A stretch of 64,000 nt of DNA from Octopus vulgaris (GCA_951406725.2 OX597831.1:80228001-80292000), one strand, 5' to 3'; shown: positions 40,524 through 56,594, counted from the first letter of the stretch. Program-made: numbers and translations. The notes: generated by a model not told the origin, from the sequence alone.

Positions 40524-40927
40524 TTTTCCATTCCCACGGCAACATATCTACTGGACTCTTTTTAGTGTAGGTAATATTGACATTTTCTTCTCCCGTGATC
40601 TTGGTTCAAACCTTGAGAGTGTATTATTTTTTTTTTATTTTAGCACATTTTTAACACAAAGTTCATAGGCGTTTTCTTAATCTTCTAGTAACTCATCATT
40701 ACAAGTTGAGGGGGTGGGCGTGGAGAGGAATTAAGCAGATGATGACGATAAGGAGAAGGAGGAGCAGTTGGAGGCATTTGAACTTTTGTGTTACTAAATG
40801 GGATGGGTTTGAATAAGTAAATTAGTACAGACATATACAGTTTCCGCCGATTTAAGACTTAAAAGACCGCAACAACAACAACCATTAGCTATATCAGTGT
40901 TGTCCTTACATATATACAAACATACAA

Positions 40928-40966
<39 letters not shown>

Positions 40967-41433
40967 CATACAGACATACATACACACACATGTATGAGGA
41001 TCAAAAGGACACACGGACAAGCGGAGGCCACCCCACCCCTGCACAGTGATAGGCAGACACATATCTTAACTCCATTAAGCAATTCCTTCCCGCCTTTATC
41101 TGACACAACAAACCGGTTCTTCCCTAATTCACGGACACCATCGCCAACACCATGATGATGGTGGTGATCATCATCATCATCGTCGTCGTCTTCATCAGCA
41201 TCACTACCATCATCATCATCATTCTTGCCATCACTGCTATCACCACCATCATCGCTACCACCATCCTCATCGCCACCATCATCATTCTTGTCTTCATCGT
41301 CATCATCAACATCATCATTATCATCATCAACATTATTACCATTAACATCACCATCATCATCATCACCACCACCATTATCTTCATCAACGTCGTCGTCGTC
41401 GTCAACTGCCTAGCACCACCACCGCTACAAATG

Positions 41434-41473
<40 letters not shown>

Positions 41474-41885
41474 ACCAGTACTATCGCTAACATCACAACC
41501 CTCTTATTCAATCTACTACCACTGCCACCACCACCAGTCTCTCCACCACCACTGCTACTACCATAACTCCCACCTCCAGTACCACCCACTGCCGCCATCA
41601 CCAACACCATCAATATAAGCGCCAGTACCACCATCTCCACCACCACAACCACCATCAGCAGCAAACCACCATCAATACCACCACCACCACCACCATCACC
41701 ATCACCACCATATGAACTGAAACAATTAAACTCTCACAAGACACTCATGTTTACCACCAGTGCTCGGCATGCTAGAAATAGCAGCTTATCTCCCTCATAA
41801 CACCGACCACCGTCTTCAAAGAATTGAATAATTAGTCCCATATGTATAAAAAATGTTTTTAAAAGCTGAAAAGGAAATGGTTACT

Positions 41886-42743
41886 ACCTATTTCTTTACT
41901 AGCCACAAGGGGCTAAACACAGAGAGGACAAACAAGGACAGACAAACGGATTGAGTCGATTATATCGACCCCAGTGTGTAACTGGTACTTACTTAATCGA
42001 CCCCGAAAGGATGAAAGGCAAAATCGACCTCGGCGGAATTTGAACTCAGAACGTAGCGGCAGACGAAATACTGCTGGGCATTTCGCCCGGCGTGCTAACG
42101 ATTCTGCCAGCTTGCCGGGATGGTTATTACCGCAATGCTTTTCTTGCGGCTCTTTATGCTCTGAGTTCAAATCCAGCCGAAGTGGACTCTGCCTTTCATC
42201 TTTCCAAGGTCGATAAAATAAAGTACCAGTCAAGTACTGGTTTTGATGTAATCGACTTAACCCCTCCCCTCAGAAATTTCTGTCTTTGTTCCAAAAGTTG
42301 GAAGAAATATTATTATTCAGGCGTCCAACTAACAGAATCATTAGAACACCGGATAAAATGCTTCGAAACATTTCGTCCGTCTTCGTGTTCTGAGTTCAAA
42401 TTCCGCCGAGGTCGACTTTTGTATTTCGTTCTTTCAGGGTCGATAAAATAAGTACCAGTTGAACAGCGGGGTCGATGTAGTCGATGTAGTCGACCCTCAC
42501 CCAAGGTTCTACTCGTGCCCATAGTAGGAAGAATTATTATTGTTATTATTACTATTGGTTTCAAATTTTGGCACATGGCCAGCAGTTTTGTGGAAGAAAG
42601 CTGGTACTTAATTTATCGACCCCGAAAGGATGAAAGGCAAAGTTGACCCCGGTTGAATTTGAACTCAGAACGTGAAGACGGACGGCATACCGCTAAGCAA
42701 TATGTCTGGCGCGCTAACGATTCAACCAGATCACCTCCTTTAC

Positions 42744-42798
<55 letters not shown>

Positions 42799-43259
42799 TA
42801 CATTATATTAAAATGGCGAGCTGGCAGAGTCGTTAACACGCTCGGCAAAATGCTTCGCGGTATTTCTATTTGTCTTTACGTTCTGAGTTCAAATTCCGCC
42901 GAGTTCGACTTTGATATTCATCCTTTCTGGGTCGATAAATTAAGTATCAGTTGAGCACCAGGGTCGATAAAATCGACTAAACCCGTCCCCCAAAACTGCT
43001 GGATTCTATTGAGGATTCTATTTATTTATTTATTTATTTATTTATTTATTTCTCTACTTTCTGTTATGTATCCACTGTTATATCCCTTAATGTGGCAGTA
43101 TCTCCCTTCGATCGATGTAAACCCCACCTGTTTTTGATTTTGTTTTTGTATATTTTTGGTTTTGATTTGTGTGCTGTAACTCGTCCTCCGATATTGTTTC
43201 TCCATGTCTCGGGCCCTTGTGGCCAATAAAAGAAATCATCATCATCATCATCATTATTA

Positions 43260-43320
<61 letters not shown>

Positions 43321-43716
43321 GGCAGCGAGCTGGCAGAAACGTTAGCACGCCGGACGAAATGCTTAGCGGTATTTCGTCTGCCGCTACGTTCTGAGTTCAA
43401 ATCCGCCGAGGTCGACTTTGCCTTTCCTCCTTTCGGGGTCGATTAAATAAGTACCAGTTACACACTGGAGTCGATATAATCGACTCAATCCGTTTGTCTG
43501 TCCTCGTTTGTCCTCTCTGTGTTTATCCCTTTGTGGGTAGTAAAGAAATAAGTATTTCGTCTGTCTTTACGTTCCGGAGCTTAAATTCCGCCGAGGTCGA
43601 CTTTGCTTTTCATCCTTAATTTCAATAAATTAAGCACCAGTTGCGTACTGGAGTCGACCTAATCGACTGGTGCACCCCACCCAAAAATTTCGGGCCTTGT
43701 TCCTAGAGTAGAAAAA
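41886..43716. mobile_element. Cluster of six SINE family A copies in mixed orientation, plus a Tx1-like tail
   Basis: 41886-42116(-), 42130-42310(+), 42320-42540(+), 42555-42740(-), 42810-43000(+), 43319-43716(+); 43050-43235 ends CCCTTGTGGCCAATAAAAGAAA. Confidence 0.85.
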
Positions 43717-44166
43717 ATTATTGTTATTATTGTTATTATTATTATCATCATCGTCATCATCAGCATGAGCATTAGCATCATCGTCGTCATCGTCGTCCAC
43801 TAACAGCAATAACCACTCACAACGCACCTAACGCTATCGCTTCCATTAAACAACCACTGCTTGACCTCCTTTTCTCTCCCAACCTCACCCCCGTCGCCGC
43901 ACCTTCGCTGTTATAAACCCACGACCTTCGTTTCTGCTATATTTCCTTTCGTCACCGGCCATTAAGGACCCGGAACCCCACCCTTTAAATAGAACAAGTG
44001 AGATCGCAAGATAGCCATAAATCAATGCAAATACACATCCTCCGCTTTTTACCCCTAATCTTTTACGAAGGAAGTGCGTGGAAGGGGGATAAGGAGAACC
44101 CTAATTTTCTCTTTATTTATTCTAATGATAAGGAGGTTAGTGTCTTCAAATATACTTACTACAGAT

Positions 44167-44500
44167 AGGCGCAGACGTGGCTGTGTGGTAAGAGATCTGT
44201 TTCCCAACAACATGGTTCTGGGTTCAGTCCCACCTTGAGCAAGTGTGTTTTACTATTATTTCGGGCTATAGACGGATAAAGAGAAAGCTATGTAGATATA
44301 GGTGCAGGCAGGACTGTGTGGTAAGAAGCTTGCTTTCCAACCACATGGTTCCGGGTTCAGTCCCACTGCAAGGCTCTACTGAAGACTCGGGTCGGCCAAA
44401 GCCGTGTGAGTGGTTTTGGTAGACGGAAACTGAAAGAAGCTCGTCCTATCTATATATATATATGCATATATAAGTCCAATATATATATGTATATATAAGT

Positions 44501-44536
<36 letters not shown>

Positions 44537-44620
44537 TCCTATATATATATGTATATATAAGTCCTATATATATATATATATGTAAATCCTATATATATAT
44601 ATATGTGTATATATAAGTCC

Positions 44621-44655
<35 letters not shown>

Positions 44656-45052
44656 CTATAAGTGTGTTAGAGTCCGTGCTTGTCCCCCACCACTGTTTGA
44701 CAGTGGTTTGTTTACGTCCCCATAACGTAGCTCTTCGGCAAATAGATTCTGATAGAATGAGTAGCAGGCTTTATTTTTTAAAAAAGTCCTAGGGTCGTTC
44801 ATTCGAATAAAGATTATTCAAGGTAGTGCCCCAGCATGGCCGCAGTCTTGTGACTGAAACGAGTAAATGAGGAAAGATGAAATGTTTGCGTCTTTATCTT
44901 CTTTTACTCTTTTACTTGTTTCAGTCATTTGACTGTGGCCATGCTGGAGCACCGCTTTTTAGTCGAGCAAATCGACCCCAGGACTTATTCTTTGTAAGCC
45001 TAGTACTTACTCTATCAGTCTCTTTTGCCGAACCGCTATGATTCGGGGACGT
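44167..45052. mobile_element. SINE family B (+, duplicated head) tail-to-tail with a family B 3' half (-)
   Basis: Heads at 44167 and 44300; internal AAGTCC(TA)n minisatellite at 44460-44630; minus copy at 44898-45052. Confidence 0.85.
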
Positions 45053-45154
45053 AATAACAATAATAATAATAGTAGTAGTAGTAGTAGTAATAATAATAAT
45101 AGTAATAATAATAGTGATAATAACAATAATAATAATAATAATAATAATAGTGAT

Positions 45155-45231
<77 letters not shown>

Positions 45232-45251
45232 TAACAATAATAATAATAATA

Positions 45252-45283
<32 letters not shown>

Positions 45284-45318
45284 AATAATGATGATGATGA
45301 GGATGATGATGATGATGA

Positions 45319-45630
45319 TGATCAAAAGGGGCTGATTGCTACCTAGCTCAGATACCAGAAAACCCCAAAATGGCAGAAATTCAAAAGATAGTGCTCATGG
45401 GAACTGCCCATATCCTACGCAAAATACTTTCTATGTAATCTCAAATTTTTAAACAAACATAATTTTCTTATGGTTTCTTAAACATTCTCTAGAACAACAC
45501 TATGTACAAAACCAAATATATGGCATCCTACGCATAACACCAACATGAACATCTAACTAGTTGTCTCTTGAAGTCTCTGGGTGGGACTTGGAGCCAACTT
45601 GTACAAATGTAAAACAAAAGTCAAACATTA
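45319..45630 (+). mobile_element. R4/Dong-like LINE 3' end, family 1
   Basis: Near-identical to 56232-56596 (QIPENPKMAEIQKIVLMGTAHILRKIL*); followed by (TAA)n. Confidence 0.85.
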
Positions 45631-45722
<92 letters not shown>

Positions 45723-45736
45723 TGGTGATGATGATG

Positions 45737-45812
<76 letters not shown>

Positions 45813-45831
45813 TAATAATAATAATAATAAT

Positions 45832-46489
45832 AAAGCAAGACATAACATAGTCGGCCAGTATTTACATTAGACAATATGTCGGTATTGTAACATCAAAACC
45901 GCTGACAAATGGTATAAACACCATCCTGAAGCCGTGACTGAGGGAGAAAATGTGTCGATTCTATGGGACTTCCCCGTACAGACCGACAAGACTATAAAAG
46001 CTAATAAACCGGATATTATTATAAAAGATCAGACAAAAAAGATGTGTTTATTAATTGACATGAGTATTCCTTGCGATCACTATATAGCGGCGAAAGAATT
46101 TGACAAGATTAATAAATATAAAGACCTGCTAATAGAAATTGAAAAAATGTGGCATCGCAAGTCGACTACAGTACCAGTGATTGTAGGATCTCTAGGAATG
46201 ATAAAAAAAGGTACTGAAACCTATTTGAAAATGATTCCAGGCTTATCATCCCTACAGGAGGTGCAACAATCGTATTAACTGGAACGGCTCGTGTACTGAG
46301 AAGAGCATTATCGCTGTGAAAACAACATCCATCCATGAATTTATTTATCTATTAATTTTTTAATACATATTTTATCTGTGAATTTGCGTGTGTAATCTGG
46401 GAATGCATACAATGAGCTCCTCTGCCCTAGGTGTGTGGAAAACACACGGCGAGAAACGGAAGAAAATTTGAAGAAAGAAGGAAAGAACA
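45832..46489 (+). mobile_element. R4/Dong-like LINE 3' fragment, family 2 (RLE domain)
   Basis: RHN..ILWDFPVQTDKTIKANKPDIIIKD..LLIDMSIP..KINKYKDL..VPVIVGSLG; (TAA)n on both flanks. Confidence 0.9.
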
Positions 46490-46513
46490 TAATAATAATA
46501 ATAATAATAATAA

Positions 46514-46575
<62 letters not shown>

Positions 46576-46989
46576 AATTCTTTTATTAGCCACAAGGGAC
46601 TCACATAAAATTTCATTAAAATACATGCAACAACATAACAAGCAAAAACAGGACGATACAATGGGTTTCCGCATGTACACAATATAAATAACAGTTAGAA
46701 ATTAAACAAATTAAACTCCTAATAGGGGAGGCACTTTAAGGTTCTCGTGGATAAATCCACAAAAGTCACGGGTGTCTGAACAACAGGGCAAGAGCCCATT
46801 TTCTTTTTCTACAGGTGAACGCTCAGAATTGGTCCATCGAGACTGGCCATTCATCTAACATTCACCCGTTCATCAAACTTGCTACAAGGCAACACTTCCC
46901 TCTCCACCCTCAACTTACTTTTCAAGTGAAACTTGGAAAAGTTCTTGAGGGCTTGGCCAAAGAGGAAAGTGCCTGTCTTTAGCCCTTTC

Positions 46990-46990
<1 letters not shown>
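46576..46990 (-). mobile_element. Tx1/L1-like LINE 3' end
   Basis: Minus strand GLKTGTFLFGQALKNFSKFHLKSKLRVEREVL..; 3' UTR ends CCCTTGTGGCTAATAAAAGAA then (TAC)n. Clade is inference. Confidence 0.55.
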
Positions 46991-47078
<88 letters not shown>

Positions 47079-47093
47079 TAATAATAATAACAA

Positions 47094-47638
47094 CAGTACC
47101 AGACTGTGGCTCTCGTGGCTTCTCATCTTAACTAATTGGAAGTGTTATCACGTACATTGTTTTGTCTTGATCTAAAAGATGGGCTACAGCAAATATTCTG
47201 CTCAATACCACAGATTTGCTTGTCAGTTGTTTGACCTTAACCAGTTGAGGATGTCCCTTAGTGGCTGACGATATGTGCATCTCTGATCACAAGTAGAGGT
47301 AGTGGGAGAGCATCATAACCGTGTGTTGAAAGGAATTCTTAGAGGTTTGAAGAATTCACCTCTGGAAACATGGGTGGTTCTTTCAACATCCTAAATCAAC
47401 CCTTATTCAAGGACCTTTTGAGCGGGATGGGTTACTCGACCAGAAGAAAATTCTAGCTGGGCCCCACCTGCAAGGTCATGTGCTGTTTATCTTGATATGA
47501 GATCACCATGTCACGCGCATATAGTTGTGATGCATGTGCCTGGCGTACCCTTATCAGACGGTTAGTCATGATGGGTATACTGGGCTTCGTATATTTTACC
47601 CCAGTGTCACTTTGATGGCATGCACTGCTCTCTCACTC

Positions 47639-47640
<2 letters not shown>
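47094..47640 (+). mobile_element. Non-coding (TAA)n-embedded retroposon fragment
   Basis: ~550 bp of complex sequence between two (TAA)n tracts, ending CTCTCTCACTCAATAATAA; no ORF; probably a LINE 3' UTR. Confidence 0.55.
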
Positions 47641-47712
<72 letters not shown>

Positions 47713-47899
47713 TAATGGTTTCTTTATTAAACACAAGGGTTTACATTAGGGAAGTCAATATGGACAGCAGAGAACAAAGCAAAGAATGTCTGTGTGTCAG
47801 TGTGTGTAGACGAACTGTCATATATGACAGCAATAAACATAATTTGCATGAATATTATTTACATAAACTTAAATACAATTACGAAGGAAGAATCTCACT

Positions 47900-48042
47900 T
47901 CGCAACCACGTAGTTTCAGGTTCAGTCCCACTGTGCGGCACCTTGGGTAAGTCTCTGCTACAACAGCCCCGGACCGACCGATGCCTTGCGAGGGAATTTG
48001 TTAGACGGAAGCTGTGTAGAAGCCCATAATGTATGTGTACGT

Positions 48043-48075
<33 letters not shown>

Positions 48076-48350
48076 GTGGGAAAGAAAGAGAAAGGGGGAA
48101 TCTGCTGGTATGTGTGTGTGTGTGTGTGTGTATGTGTGTGTGTGTGTTTGTTGCAACGATCGCTTAACAACCAGTGATGGCTCGTTCAAGTCTCCCTAAG
48201 CTAGCGGTTCGGTAAAACAGACCGAATGAATATGCACCTTACTTCAAAAAATAAACCATAAGTACTTGGGTCAACTTGCTCGATTAAACCACTTCAAAAG
48301 AGGTGTCCCAGGAGGGATTCAATCCAATGGCTGAAACAAGTAAAAGTTGA
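47900..48350 (+). mobile_element. Diverged SINE family B
   Basis: GGTTCAGTCCCACTGTGCGGCACCTTGGG..GGCTGAAACAAGTAAAAG. Confidence 0.75.
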
Positions 48351-48493
48351 AAAAGACATTGTCCTTCAAAATAGATATAAAGATGTTCATTAGCGAAAAT
48401 AAAATTAAGAAAATAATTCATGATTAGTCTTTACAGCTGTTTCGAAATTTTGTGACTGGTTGATATTTTCCTTCTGCTATATTATTCACAGAA

Positions 48494-48605
48494 AGACAGT
48501 GAACTGGCAGAATTGTTAGCACGTTCAACAAAATGCTAAGCAGCATTTCTGCCGGCTGTTTCCGCTTTGGGTTCAAATCCCGCCGTGGTCTACTTTGCCC
48601 TTTCA
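48494..48605 (+). mobile_element. SINE family A 5' fragment
   Basis: CTGGCAGAATTGTTAGCACG..GGTTCAAATCCCGCCGTGGTCTACTTTGCC. Confidence 0.75.
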
Positions 48606-49484
48606 ATTTAAGTTAGAACGCAGTGATTTTTATAGGAGATCTAGCTGTTATTTCTAGCAGATCCTACGTCCGTTAAGATGCTGATCATGTTCTCAGCATT
48701 ATCGCTGCTGTTACTGTTGCCGTTGTTGGTGAACACAGAATAACTTTGATTAAGCAAACCTACAATCAAAGGCTTTTCAACCGTGACCCTCCAAACTTAT
48801 TTTTATGAAAACATCATCCATTGTGTCTCTTTTCAAAAAGAGCGGGCTGAGATTAAGATGGTGGATTAGCTTGTTTTTCTAGCAGTTTGAGCCACTTTCG
48901 GGGTAGGTAAAATGAAATATCAATCAAATGCGGTGATCAATGTAAAGAACAAATCGCCCACTCATCCTGCAATGGTCACTTATACGACAGGAGAGCCAGG
49001 TAATCCACCAATACCACCAATATACTACGCCGCCTCCTGCCAATAAGATACATAGTACACAGCCCTCTTTCTTTCTCCCCTCTCTCTCTCTTTCTCTTCC
49101 TTAAATTTATCTCCCTCTCTTCTTCCCTCTCTTTCTTTCTTTTTGCCTCTTTTCTTCCTCTCTCTCTGCCTCTCTCCCTTCCCTCTCTCTCTCTCTCACT
49201 CTCGTTCTCTTCTTTTCTTTACCTCCCTCTCCTCGTCCTTCTCATTCTTCCACTCTCCCTCTCTCCTTCTCTCCCTATTTCCTACTTCCACTCATTCTTT
49301 CTCTCTCTTCTTCCCTCTTTTTCTTTTTGCCTCTCTTTTCTTCCACTCTCTGCCTCTCTCCTGCCCTCTCTCTCTCCCTCTCTCTTTCTCTCCTTACTCT
49401 CTCTCTCTCTCTCTCACCCATCAGAATATAACTGAAACCTACACCTAAGCACCTTTCACTTTAACATCTGATTTCTGTTAACTC

Positions 49485-51012
<1,528 letters not shown>

Positions 51013-51294
51013 ATACACGCGTACATGCATGGATACATACACACATTCACAAAAAAACACATACACACGCACCCACACACATACATACACATGTACACGC
51101 ACACATGCGAATATTTTCCAGGGTTACAATCTAACGCTGGTGGACATGTAGTTAAGTGAGACTAATAAGGCTTAATTCAATGAGCAACAAAATTGTTAAT
51201 TCATTTATATTTCAGTCGTAATGAAGAAAAACATTTACCAAGTTTTAATGATAATTCTTGTCAAGAAGGAAAGGGAGACAAGCCTCGAGTCACA

Positions 51295-51410
51295 CCTATT
51301 TCTTTACTACCCACATAAGGGCTAAACACAAAGAGGACAAACAAGGACAGACACACGGATTAAGTCAATTATCTCGAGCCCAGTGCGTAACTGGTACTTA
51401 TTTAATCGAC
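51295..51410 (-). mobile_element. SINE family A 3' fragment
   Basis: CCTATTTCTTTACTACCCACATAAGGGCTAAACAC..CTGGTACTTATTTAATCGAC. Confidence 0.8.
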
Positions 51411-52889
51411 TCTGTGAGTGTGTTGCAGGTTTGGTAGCCTTCAACTAACACTATCTCCCCCGAGACCCTGCGGCGCAAGTCGACCAAAATTCAAAGTATG
51501 ATAGAAGAAGGCTTGCTCTTCATTCCGTAGAATAAAAAATTCAAATTGGAAGGTACTTTTGTTCTATGAAAATCCCTAATTTTTACGATTTTTTGACTCA
51601 GAGTGTCGCCATTTTTCGATGAATTTCAACCAGAAAATGTTCACTGTAAAGAAATAACAAGCTGGACATAATGCTACTGTTTACTTTTCGTAAGTAATTT
51701 GAATTACCCTCAAAATAAGTAAAAAAAAAAAACTTACATATCTACAGCTCATACAAACGTACATCTAACAAGAAAATTAGAAACATAAATATCTCCAATT
51801 CTGTGTGAACATTTACATTTAGTCGTCTCTCATGACTATAAGAATGTGTAAAATTGCCTTTTAAATTACCTTTTATTGTAACAACACAATTAAATGCACG
51901 ATAAAAAGTTATGGAATTAAGCACCTACTACTATATACATACAACTGAATTCAGAAATTTAAAAATATATACATAACATTGAACTCAGAAAGTTATTTAA
52001 AAAAAAAAAAAAAATCTTCGACGAAAACATCAGATAATATGTGTGAGTGAATATACATATATATACATATACATATGCATGTGGTGAAGAAGAAAAGAGA
52101 AAGGAAAAAAATAAATAAATAAACGTAAACAGGTTTGACTATTACTGACCATTAACGTCCTTTGTCTCCATAAATACCGTGGCTATTTATAGACCCAAAG
52201 AACATGAATTTTATGTTAACCACCCATTCTCCAACACAATGGAGTGTTGATGGTGGCTGTGGCTACACATAAAACAATGTCATTGAAGATGATGATGGTG
52301 ATGGTGATGTTGCTGATGATGGTGATGGTGGTGAAGCCATGATAGTAATAACAATAATAACTGACAGATCCCGTCTTTTTCCCTTTCTTTTCGTTTCCTT
52401 CTCCGTATTTTATTCTCATTATTTCGAACTAATACAGACACAGTAAGCCTTGAAGAAAGGAAGAGGAGGAAAGGAAAAAAAAAAAAAAAAATATAAATCA
52501 TGTCCGGAGATTTTACAACCAAAAAAAAATACAGACGAATATAGATCTGCTAGTCTTACGAAGCGGCGCTATGAGCAATGCTTACACGTAGTGAACCGGG
52601 CGGTAAACTGTGTTCAGATCCATCTCCTAATATAAGAATGGATGCTGTCATGCTTCAAGGTCAACAAATCAAACAATAAACCGCATTGGTCATTGCGCGG
52701 ATTACAAAAGACCACGTACCCGAAAATTAGACCAAATCCTGATTGAAAAATCAGTTACTGGATACTATATACCCATACACACTGGAGCTGGACGAACCCC
52801 ACAACCGGAATATTCCAACAGATGGCCATCCATGCTCATCACCAAATAATCAAAGAAAAGAAGAAGAGAAGAAGAGAGAGAGAGAGAGA

Positions 52890-53872
52890 TATATGGTCTG
52901 ACGATGGGATAACTGAGAAGTTCTTGAAGTCACTATGCTTTAATATATTTCCACAGATAATTGTCTAGCACTGTACAAGCATCTTAAACTGGAGACAGAA
53001 ACACCCTGAAGTAAGACCCTACAGACAGTAACAAGCTTGCCAATGTTAGAACTGAACATTATAAAAAAGAAATTACTGACTGAAGTAGAGATTGATCAGG
53101 TTAGACAAGCAATATCGGATAAAATGAACGAAGCTGCAGCTAGAGAAGATAATACAGAGGATATATGATTATAGACCAGCCCAGGGCGGATAAAAACGAA
53201 GAGAGGATGTGAAAGAGTATAGTATAAGTGATAGGCAAAGTGAAATACGCCCTGAACCAATCATAAACACTAAGACAGATGAGCATCAAATAGATAAAGA
53301 AAGTCACACAATTATATTGACCCAACAGAACTACATGAGCTAAAAAATCAAATCATGATTGAATGGCTGATATATATATAAAGAAACCAGCATGGATGAG
53401 CGTGATACACTTCCTAAAATCCGCAACTCTAACCAAAACATGAAAATAATTGGTAAAATCCGGCTTGCACTTAAGGATATAATTTCAGTTAATGATGTTG
53501 ATATCACAAAGAAAATCAACCACCTATACTATGCATCCGCGAAAATCTCAACGATCTATGTGGTGTAAAGATTAGAAAACGGCAACAGTCCCACAAAAAG
53601 CCTTCTTGGCAAGAGCGTCTGCAACAACAAATTAAAATATTTAGATCTGACATTGAATATTTGAAAAACCTTAAGGCTCACAAGATTACCAAACCTACAA
53701 AAACCCAAAAATTACTGTATATATATATATACATATATGAAAACTATATATGATATATGATGCCACCATAGAAACCATCAAACAAAAGGTAATTGCCAAA
53801 GCTGCCCGCATAGCGAGGTATGAAAAGCGTGTTAGATTTTTCAATGATTTATTCCTCAACAACAAAATATTT
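52890..53872 (+). mobile_element. Decayed 5' ORF region of an R4/Dong-like LINE
   Basis: Frameshifted WRQKHPEVRP..SNKLANVR..IIKKKLLTEVEID, KPSWQERLQQQIKIFRSDI, IETIKQKVIAKAARIARYEKRVRFF resemble the pre-RT region of R4/Dong ORFs; may extend 5' to about 52530. Confidence 0.7.
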
Positions 53873-53989
53873 TTCTGTACGAAGAGCGTAGGCTCGAAAC
53901 GTAAAATACTTTTTCAATTGCTGAGCGTTATACTAATACATCTGTTTGTTTTCTACACCACCTGTCTTCGTCTTTTGTTTTTTTTCGTA

Positions 53990-53993
<4 letters not shown>
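53868..53993 (+). mobile_element. Truncated HH-a element (hammerhead at 53868-53908)
   Basis: TTT-CTGTACGA-A-GAGC(GTAG)GCTC-GAAAC-GTA-AAA; downstream sequence aligns with 14960-15045. Confidence 0.75.
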
Positions 53994-54077
<84 letters not shown>

Positions 54078-54686
54078 AATTGTAATTAAGGATATCGAAG
54101 AGATACCACCATGCCAAAAATAGCAGTGAAAAGCCTGACACTAAAACCACATCAAGTATTCATACAGCACAGGTGAAAAGATAAAGAAACAACTAAATTA
54201 GAAATTAGTAAAAACAAGTATGGATAATCCCAGATCGACGATTTCTGGGACAGTAAACTGAAGGGCCGCCTCGGGTGGCACATATTCTCCCTATGCTAGT
54301 GCTGAAGATACATCACACACACACGCACACATACACACAAAATAGCCAATGCAGCGATAAATGAAGAGATAAATAATAGCAATTAATGCTCGTCGATTGT
54401 TGGTATAATGCCTTAAGTTTTTTGAACCATTGGGTGTTTGGCGTTGGGTGGGAACCCAGGGCAGAGGAAAAAATACAAGACAATGATGAAGATGACGACG
54501 ACAATGATGATGACGATGGTGACGATGATGGTGACAATTTTGATGATGACGAAGATGACAACGACTACGATGATAATGATGATGATGATGATGATGATTA
54601 TAACGAAGATGGAAGCACTGGAGAAAGATTTAAAGCGGCACAATGTGTTTTAGATCAAAGTACGCTAATAGGGTGGATATAAGCAC

Positions 54687-54723
<37 letters not shown>

Positions 54724-54974
54724 CATACATACACATCATATACATCTATATATATATACACATATATACATACGTACATATATATATATATATATACACA
54801 CACGTATATACATATATATGTATATATACATATATATATATGTATATGCATACACACTCACACACACACACACACACACGCACGCACGAACGACTCTTTG
54901 ACAGTCTGATGGTTAATTATCTTGTGATATGGAAATGGTTAACTTTATAGCACCTAATAATAATAATAATAATG

Positions 54975-55024
<50 letters not shown>

Positions 55025-55052
55025 TAATAATAATAAATAATAAATAATAATA

Positions 55053-55115
<63 letters not shown>

Positions 55116-55140
55116 TAATAATAAATAATAAATAATAATA

Positions 55141-55216
<76 letters not shown>

Positions 55217-55218
<2 letters not shown>

Positions 55219-56594
55219 GAAAAATAAGGAAACTGTTGACAATGCATAGAATGCACCATCCTAAGGCAGATACAGAACGACTCTATCTGCCAAGAAAAGA
55301 GGGAGGCCGTGGTCTTTTGCAACTGGCAATAACAATGAAGATTGCTACAATTGGCCTAGCCACCTACCTAAAAAACTCTGAGGACTGGATGTTAAAACTT
55401 GTCTCAAAACATGAAAACAAGAAAGCATCATACTCAGTAGCAAAAACAGGCAAAGGAATATCTAAGTGAATTCCGAATACAACCAATTTCGGAATTAGAG
55501 ATAGATATACAAGAAACAAGCACAGAAAAAGCTAGGCGCATGAAAACCCGTGTCAAAACTGCGGCCTTAGATATTCTGAATAATAAATGGCAAGAAAAAC
55601 CTCTCTATGGCAAATACCCAAAGAGAGCGAATAATGCAGATATCGACAAAGCCCTGACCCATCAATGGCTAATGGCCACTAGCTTAAAATCTGAAACAGA
55701 AGGGTTTATCATAGCAGCTCAAGATCAATGCCTACCAACAAGAAACTACCAGGCCAACATATTAAAGAACGGCAGTAGCCCAACATGTCGTGTATGCCGA
55801 TAACAAAATGAAACCATTGACCATGTTGTCTCCAAGTGCAGTCTTCTAGCGCCTACAGAGTACCTCAGTAGGCATGATAGAGCTGCACGATATATTCAAT
55901 GGGTAATTTGCAAAAACCTGGATTTGCCCCATGAAAAAAACTGGTGGGAACACAATCCACCTCCAGTGCTTGAAAATGACCACATCTCACTCCTCTGGAA
56001 CTTCACCATTGAAACTGACAGGAAGATAGATGCAAATAGGCCAGACATTATATTGAAAGACTTCAGACAAAGAACATGCCTCCTCATTGATATGACAGTC
56101 CCAATCGATATAAACGTATCTGTCAAGACCTACCAAAAACTGAGCAAATATAAAGATCTTGAAATAGAAATCAGCAAAATGTGGAACCTGAAGACTAAAA
56201 CAATACCTGTTTTAGTCTTCAGTCTGGGAATGATAGCGAAAGGGACTAATTGCTACCTAACTCAGATACCAGAAAACCCCAAAATGGCAGAAATTCAAAA
56301 GATAGTGCTCATGGGAACTGCTCATATCCTACGCAAAATACTCGCTATGTAATCCCAAGGTTTAAAACAAACTTTTTTTTACTTATTTTTATTTTTATTT
56401 TTTATTATTTTTTTTTGTATTTTTATTTTTTTATTTATTTTTTATTTTTATGTATTAGACATTCACTAGTACAACACCAAAAAAAAAAAAAAACCCCAAA
56501 TATATGGCACAGAACTTCCAACCTGTTGTCTCTTGAGGTCTCCGGGTGAGACTTGGAGCCAACTTGTACAGACATAGGGCAGGAGTCAAACATA

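Noticed and set aside
52896-52920. CTGACGA as a hammerhead core
   Set aside because: No matching stem II/GAAA/stem I; it falls within the decayed LINE coding frame.
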